From assembly GCF_009914755.1 (NCBI RefSeq), contig NC_060932.1: a DNA stretch of 64,000 nucleotides, one strand, 5' to 3'. The notes under the pieces are model-generated. The model was not told the DNA's origin and did not search any database. It saw only the letters and a list, made by a program, of their open reading frames with translations. The position numbers and the translations under genes were made by a program. The stretch's first letter is position 1. The number at the start of each line of letters is the position of its first letter. The stretch comes from the human T2T-CHM13v2.0 reference genome, Homo sapiens. Shown in pieces: positions 56,940 through 64,000 of this stretch.

Positions 56940-58940
56940 TTTATAATTAAAATTTTTCTACAAAGGAACGTCCAGGCCCTGATGACTTTAATGTTAACTG
57001 CATCCAAACATTTATGAAATTATACTAATCTTAAACTTTCAGAAACAAGGAAGACTTTCCAATTTATTTTATGAGGCCAGTATAGTTTTGGTAGCAAAAT
57101 CTGACTTTGATATTATGCTTAATAATGAAATATTGAATATTTTCCTGTAAGATTGGAAAGAAGGCAAAAAAAAATGTTTGCATACACTACACTACTTCTC
57201 TATTGTACTAGTCCTTGGTAGAGGAAAAAGACAAGAGGGACATAATAGACAAAGTTTGTAAGAAAAAGTAAAGCTGTTTATTTACAAATTTTATGATTGT
57301 GTAAGCAGAAAATCCCATGTTATCTACCAAAAACATTACTAGAACTAATAAAAGAAAGTATCATTGTTTTAAGATACAAGATCAATATAAAAACTGAATA
57401 TATTTCTTTATATTAGTAACGAGCAATTAGAAAATAAATTTTTTAAAATACTATTTAAAATAACATTTACAAAATATTTGGGAATAAATTAGCAAAAGCT
57501 ATGTAAGACCTTACCCTGAGATTGGAGGGTAAAGTAAAACAGTATTGGAGATACTAAAGAAAACTTTAATAAAATATATATATCATATTTATAAATTAGA
57601 CGACTCAATATTATTTTGATATTAATTCTCTTGAAATTGATAGTTTTAATATAATCCCAATCAAAATCTTCGTTGGCTTATTTGTAGATATTGACAAGCT
57701 GATCTCAGAATGCTGCCACTCTTTGATAGTTTCTTATACAGTTAATAAGGGTCTACTCTATGATCCAGTCTACTCTATGAATCCTAGGCATTTACCAGAG
57801 AGAGAGAGAGAGAGAAAAAAAAAAAAACTCCACAAATAATTTTAAAATATATTCATTACAGCTTTATCCAAAACTATCCAAAGGTCTAAATGTTGGTTAT
57901 AGCTTTATTGCCTCTTGGCTCACCCTTTTAGACTAATTTCTGAAGTTGAATCTGGGCCCTTTAAACATTTTTGCCAGCCCTTATTCCAGCTGGCACAGAA
58001 TTAGAGTGCAGGGAGACATTACAGGAGAAAAAAGAAAGTTTTGCTTATTGGTTCCTGTCAGCTTGCTCAGCTGGGTCCTGCAAGGACCCAGGCTTCTTCA
58101 GTGCAGTTTCTGTAGACCTCAGTGGCCAGTAGCACTCAGCTTCTCCCAGTATCCATGTTGGATGGTTTTGTAACAGGGTGCTTCTGCTATATATAGTACC
58201 TCCTTGTGAATAGTGCTCCCTAGCATCTTACAGGTCAGATTACCAACAAGTTTTGGCAAGCGTAGTTCCAGAAAGCTCTGCCATTTGGTAAGCCACATCC
58301 ATGCCTTCTCCAACAAGGTCTGTATCTTGGCCCAGGAGGAACGTCTTCCTTGGGCACTCTAGTTCAGCCCTAAGGGTAGTGGTTGCTCCTTATAAGTATT
58401 GTTTATTCTTTATTCTCTCCACTTCTTACTAGCCAGTACTTTGCTAGTCTAATTTACTTTTAGAGTTAATTATTCTTAATATTAACTTTGTCTGCTAAAA
58501 TTGCTATGTGGTTTCACCCTCCTTACTAGACCCAGATTTCTTCAGTCCATCAATAGGAGAGTGGCTAAACAAATTGTAGCATATTCATACAATAGGTTAA
58601 TACTAAACAATAAAAGGAACAGAGTACTGATACATAAAACACTGAAAATAAAAGAAAAAAAACATTATGGTTGAGAAAAATAAGCCAGACAAGAAAGAGG
58701 TCATGCTGTGTGATTCCATTTATATGATGTTCGAAATGTGCAAAACTTACTTATTTCTGTTGTAATCAGAATGCTAATTGTACCTGAGTGCACTGGATTT
58801 GCCAGAAAGAGGCACACAAAACTATCTTATAAAAAGTGATTAAAATATTATTTACTGCGATAGTGGTTTACATGGAAATACATATTTGCCAAAACTCACC
58901 AAACTGAACTCTTAAAATATGCTCATTTTACTCAATGAAA
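56940..58940 (+). mobile_element. Old L1M (L1MC/MD/ME-type) ORF2 and 3'UTR, split by an LTR
   Basis: TTTTATGAGGCCAGTAT, ATTACTAGAACTAATA...GATACAAGATCAATATA, and 3'UTR AAGCCAGACAAG...TGTGTGATTCCATTTATATGA. Confidence 0.75.
57891..58540 (+). mobile_element. ERVL solo LTR (LTR41-like)
   Basis: TGTTGGTTATAGCTTTATTGCCTC start; CAGCCCTAAGGGTAGTGGTTGCTCC and GTGGTTTC...CTAGACCCAGA 3' part. Confidence 0.6.
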
Positions 58941-60399
58941 CAAAACATATTGGGAAGAAAATCTATAGACATATTGTTGGCACTAATATGATAGTTTGCA
59001 ATGGTTACTGGATATAAGATTAATATCCAAAAGTCAGTTATATCTAAACATTAAGAAATGACTAACTAATATAAAGGAAAACCAACATTTACAGTAGCAT
59101 CACAGAATAGGGAAAAAATCTAATGTGGTGAAAAGAGCTATTTAACAAAACCTAAATAAAGTAAAGTTTATTTACGGCTAGAAATACTTAATATTTTAGT
59201 GATGCCAGTTTCCCTCAGGTTGTGACTTAGATACATAGAAATTTAAAATACAATTCAGAAAATGTGTGTAAAATTTGATGTGAAAGATTGTACTTTTAAA
59301 ATATGATCATTATAATATTTCTCATCCGGCATGATTTTCAGAACTGTGTATTCTTTCATCATGTTATGAAGTTTATTTCCTTTCCTCTCAAAAATCCGGT
59401 ATTGACAAAAGGAATTCAGCAGAAACGATGGTGCATGACTTTTGAGGTTAGGTGATTAATGTAATATAGCTTCAGTTTGGCTTCTTGTACTTTCTCTTTC
59501 CTTCTTTTTAAATTTATCTCCCTCAGGATATTTTCTCAGATGACAACTAAATATATAAGCCAGTGAACTAAACATATAAAACCTGTTTATTTTGAATTAT
59601 TACTTTAAAGACTTGTTTTTAGAATAAGAAACAACTTACTATTTTGAATAATTTAATCTCATTTTTGTGTTTTTAAGTTTTTTTTAACAGTTTTTCAACA
59701 TACTGGCATGCCCCAAGTTTTGACCTTTGGAACAATGTATTATCTTTGGTTATTCTCATATGTACAAAAATATCTACCAGTTTTCTATTTCTAGCCAAAA
59801 TCTGTTTTCCATCTTCCAGTGCCCAGCCTTCTTTATGCAGCCATATTCTAGACATCCACTTAGAGATAGCTCATGCAGTTTCTCAGAAAGCATGGATGTC
59901 TCATCAATATTTTTTTCTTAATGTATCCCCACACTCTTCCACAGTGCCCAGCAGAGAGCAGGAATTGAAGAAATGTTGGCTAAATGAATAAATATATCAA
60001 GTTCTACAGTCAACATTTATCCCATTATGTTATGTACACATGCATGCCCCTCTTCCTCATTATTCTGCACCTGTGGATGGAGCTACATCCACCAAGAAAT
60101 GCAATCTGGAAAACCATGCATCTTTTTTCAGATTTTTCTTTATTCTATGATGCTACTGTAAGTTGCATTTTTCTTTTACATTATTTAGTTATTTCTTAAT
60201 GTTTAGATATAACTGACTTTTTGTTATTAATTTTGTATCCAGTAACCATTGCAAACTATCATATTACTGCTAAAAATTTGTCTGTAGAGTTTCTCCTCAA
60301 TACTTACTGTTTTATTGAGTAAAATGCACCTATTTTAACCTCCACAAACTCCTACCATTGATTCTAATTTCTAGGTATCTTTCAAACCCATCCTCTCTT

Positions 60400-60496
60400 C
60401 TCCTGTGTTGCCCAGGCTGGACTCCTGGGCTCAAGCAATCCTCCCACTTCAGCCTCCCAAGAAGCTGGGGCAATATTTACCACTATGCCCAGCTTT
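60400..60496 (-). mobile_element. Alu monomer fragment (FLAM-like)
   Basis: TGTTGCCCAGGCTGGACTCCTGGGCTCAAGCAATCCTCCCAC. Confidence 0.7.
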
Positions 60497-60757
60497 TTCC
60501 AAAGATTTACAAGATGTAAATGAGTCGATCTCTTCTCATATCTGAAAGGTTCATTTTTGTTATTTCCCCCTCACATGTTAACCTTCATCTGTCTGACTTC
60601 AACTGAGCCATCATCACAATTTTTATTTTGGTTATATTTCTCCAGGGAGACTATTCTTCTATTCTCTTCAATCTATGTGTAGGTCCAGTCATTCTTCTAA
60701 CTTCTGACTGTCTTAAAACCCCAGGCTAGCATGTTAAGCATACGATTATGCTTCTAA

Positions 60758-61261
<504 letters not shown>

Positions 61262-63124
61262 TAATTGCCTCTCTCCTACATTTTATAAGCCATTGAACAT
61301 ATTCAAGTCTTCACCACCTTAAAACAAAAACTCTGTCTTAATCATTTCTTACCTTTCTCAACCAAATTTTATTTAAAAACAAAGCAAAACTACATTCATG
61401 AGCTCCATTTTTACCACCCTCCCTCATTAACCTTAATCTATACTCTACCCTGTTATTTCATCAATATTATTCTTAATAGGGTCAGTAAAGTCCTCCAGTG
61501 GACTTTTGCTTTCATTTATTTTACTTTGCAGCTACACTCAACGGAGTTTAATACTTTCTTTTTGAAATAAGCTCTTTCCTTGAGTCCTATTACCCACATA
61601 CACTTGATTTAACCATAATCTTTCTGGCTATTCCTTTCCCTTCCTCTGCAAAAGCATTAAGTATTAAAGTTCCTGAGGACTTCATTCCATACATTTTTCT
61701 TTCTCAAGTATTATTTTGCTAGTAATTTTATCTATTTCCATAGGGGCTATTACCAATCCATCTGCCAAATTATATGCCAACTCAGTTTACATTTACATTA
61801 CATTCTTTTTTTAACTCCAGATTCAAATATCAACCTGCTTACACAGTCATTTAAAATTAAGTGTTCATGGCCTTTGTTACTGGCTAGATAATAAACCAAA
61901 GAAAAGGAACACATCTTTCTAATGGAATTATCCTCACCAAACACAATTTGGAAATAATGTCAGACATATGGTTGGCAAATAATAATTGACCTAATTAAAA
62001 GAATGAGTAAATGCTAATAAATAATTGATACATTTTCCAACATTGAAGAAGTGCTTTTTTCACTCTTTAGCTTTAAGAAACACTTGTTCAACATTAATTG
62101 TGATAACTAAAAATCTATTAAAGGACTATTTTCTGAACTGCTGAATCTAGAAGATAGACAGGGAATATTAAGCAGATGTCTCATGATGTCTTCACCTTCT
62201 TCATATTTTCTGAAGAGAACAGGACTTGTACTGGTTGGTATATATAATGGATATATGCCTAGAAAGAAATAATATTTACTAAGGCATCCTAATCATGATA
62301 TTAGCTAACATCTATTCGTGTTCCATCATAATTCTAAGTGCATTGTGAAAATTAACCCTCATAACAATTTTAAAAGGAGGATATGATTGTGATGATTGGA
62401 TTTTCATCCATTACTCTAATGTCAATGTGTGAGTTCCTCCAGTGAAAACTTTTGTAACACACTTTTGCTGTTAGTCAGAATTAACTCAAATTTAAAATGT
62501 TCCTAGCTGAAGAGATTTGTTGCTCATCATAAAGCCCCATTTGCAATGTACAGAAATTGTTGGTGTTTGTATTCTATGAATCCTAAGAATAAATAAAAAA
62601 ACAGAATTCACTTTGAAATGAAAAATATTTAAAGACTGGAACTCATAAATAAAAGGAAGGTGAAGTGGAAATGGAAAAATAAGACCTGGGGCTCAGCCAA
62701 ATACCTTGTATGCTCTTTGCTTTTGAAAAGGATGAATAGAAAGAAACTTACTTCCACCCATTGCACAGTTACCTGCACATGTTACTCTGTGCATATAAAA
62801 GTAAATTTGTGTCTTTATACATACAAAAGTAAAATTGTGACACACAGAAGTTATAAAAGCATAAGAATTAAAAATTAGATTACATAGAAAAAAATAAAGT
62901 TATAAACTCTCAACTATACTCAGTGACTTTTAAGAAGAGCCCTATGTATAATTCTTCTCCAGAGGAAATAATGTTAAAATTCTGGGTATATTTTCTTTGA
63001 ATTACATATTCAGTGTCCTTTGAGGAGATTGGGTATTGTAGATAGGCATTTAATTATATTAATAACCATGAGAAAAAACACATCTAATCAGTCAAGAGTA
63101 AAAGAAATAAAAATATTGAAATTG

Positions 63125-64000
63125 GGCAGAATATTTTAGGATGCTTTTAAGATTTGCAGAAAAGTTGTGAAAATGGTATAAAGTTCCCGTATACTCCACC
63201 CTCAGAGTTTCTTAATGTTAACATAGTAAATCAGTATGGTACGTTTGTCACAACTAATAAACCAATACTGATATACTGCTATTAACTAAAGACAATACTT
63301 TATTCAGATTTTCTTAGTGTTTCCTAATGTTTGTTCTTTTTCTATCCAGGATCCCATGCAAGATGCCATATTACACTTGGTCCTCATGTCTCCTTAGGCC
63401 TCTGTAGACAGTGACAGTTTCTTAGACTATCCTTGCTGTTGATGACCTGGCAGTTTTGAAGAGTATTGATCAGGCATTTTATAGACTGCCTTTTGGTTGG
63501 GCTTCATGTGATGGTTTTCTCATGGAATTACGTGGTTTATGGATGCTTGGGAGGAGGATCACAAGGGAAGAGTACCATTCTTCTCATATCATATCAAGTG
63601 TAGGTGGTATCAGCATGACTGTTGATGTTAACCTTGATAGCCTGGTGGGGGTAGTGGTTTTTGAATTCCTCCACTGTAAAGTTATTCTTACCGCCACCTT
63701 TCTGTACTGCACTTTTGGAAAGGAAATCACTGTGTAAAGACCACACTTAATGGGGGAAAATTATGTTCCACTTTTTTGTGGCATATAGAATCATTGATAT
63801 TAATTTTATATCTTAGGCTATAATTTAATGTTTCATTATTTATTTGTCACTCAAATAGTCTCAGTAGTGTTAAAAAGAGCTCTTTTAAGTATGTCCCTTT
63901 TACATACTCCCATTTGTATATGTGTGCATGTGTGCACATTGGAGCACTTCCTAACTTTCTGGTACTATAAGGTTTCCCAGCTTCTTCTTGGACATCTCTA
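63125..64000 (-). mobile_element. L1MC (L1MC3/4-like) 3'UTR, running off the window
   Basis: TTTGCAGAAAAGTTG...TTTGTCACAACTAATAAACCAATACTGATA...TCCAGGATCCCATGCAAGATGCCATATTACA...GACAGTTTCTTAGACT. Confidence 0.78.

Noticed and set aside
57990-58025. CTCF site often carried by LTR41-type elements
   Set aside because: The AGGGGGCGCT-like core is not present in this copy.

Overview
AT-rich, repeat-dense primate genomic DNA. It is human by subfamily diagnostics: it carries a pre-Ta L1HS and an AluYa5. I find no protein-coding gene, CpG island or prokaryotic-type system. The recognisable ORFs in the track derive from L1, Alu, LTR or simple repeats, and the rest are short and resemble nothing I recognise. 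The first 9.6 kb is a nested stack: a Tigger3b DNA transposon split by a near-full-length L1PA10-13-type element, an Alu and an MST LTR. That L1 itself contains an Alu, an L1PA3/4 stub and a twin-primed pre-Ta L1HS. Further along are a 5'-truncated AluYa5, a decayed ERVL provirus with readable RNase H, a 1.1 kb hAT-Charlie transposase fossil, several solo LTRs, an ancient 5'-inverted L1MA and a tailless 5S rRNA retropseudogene. L1 strand bias and a few splice-signal pairs hint that the window may lie in an intron of a + strand transcript. I cannot support a previously undescribed biological system here. Subfamily names come from recalled consensus sequences, and boundaries of old repeats are approximate.
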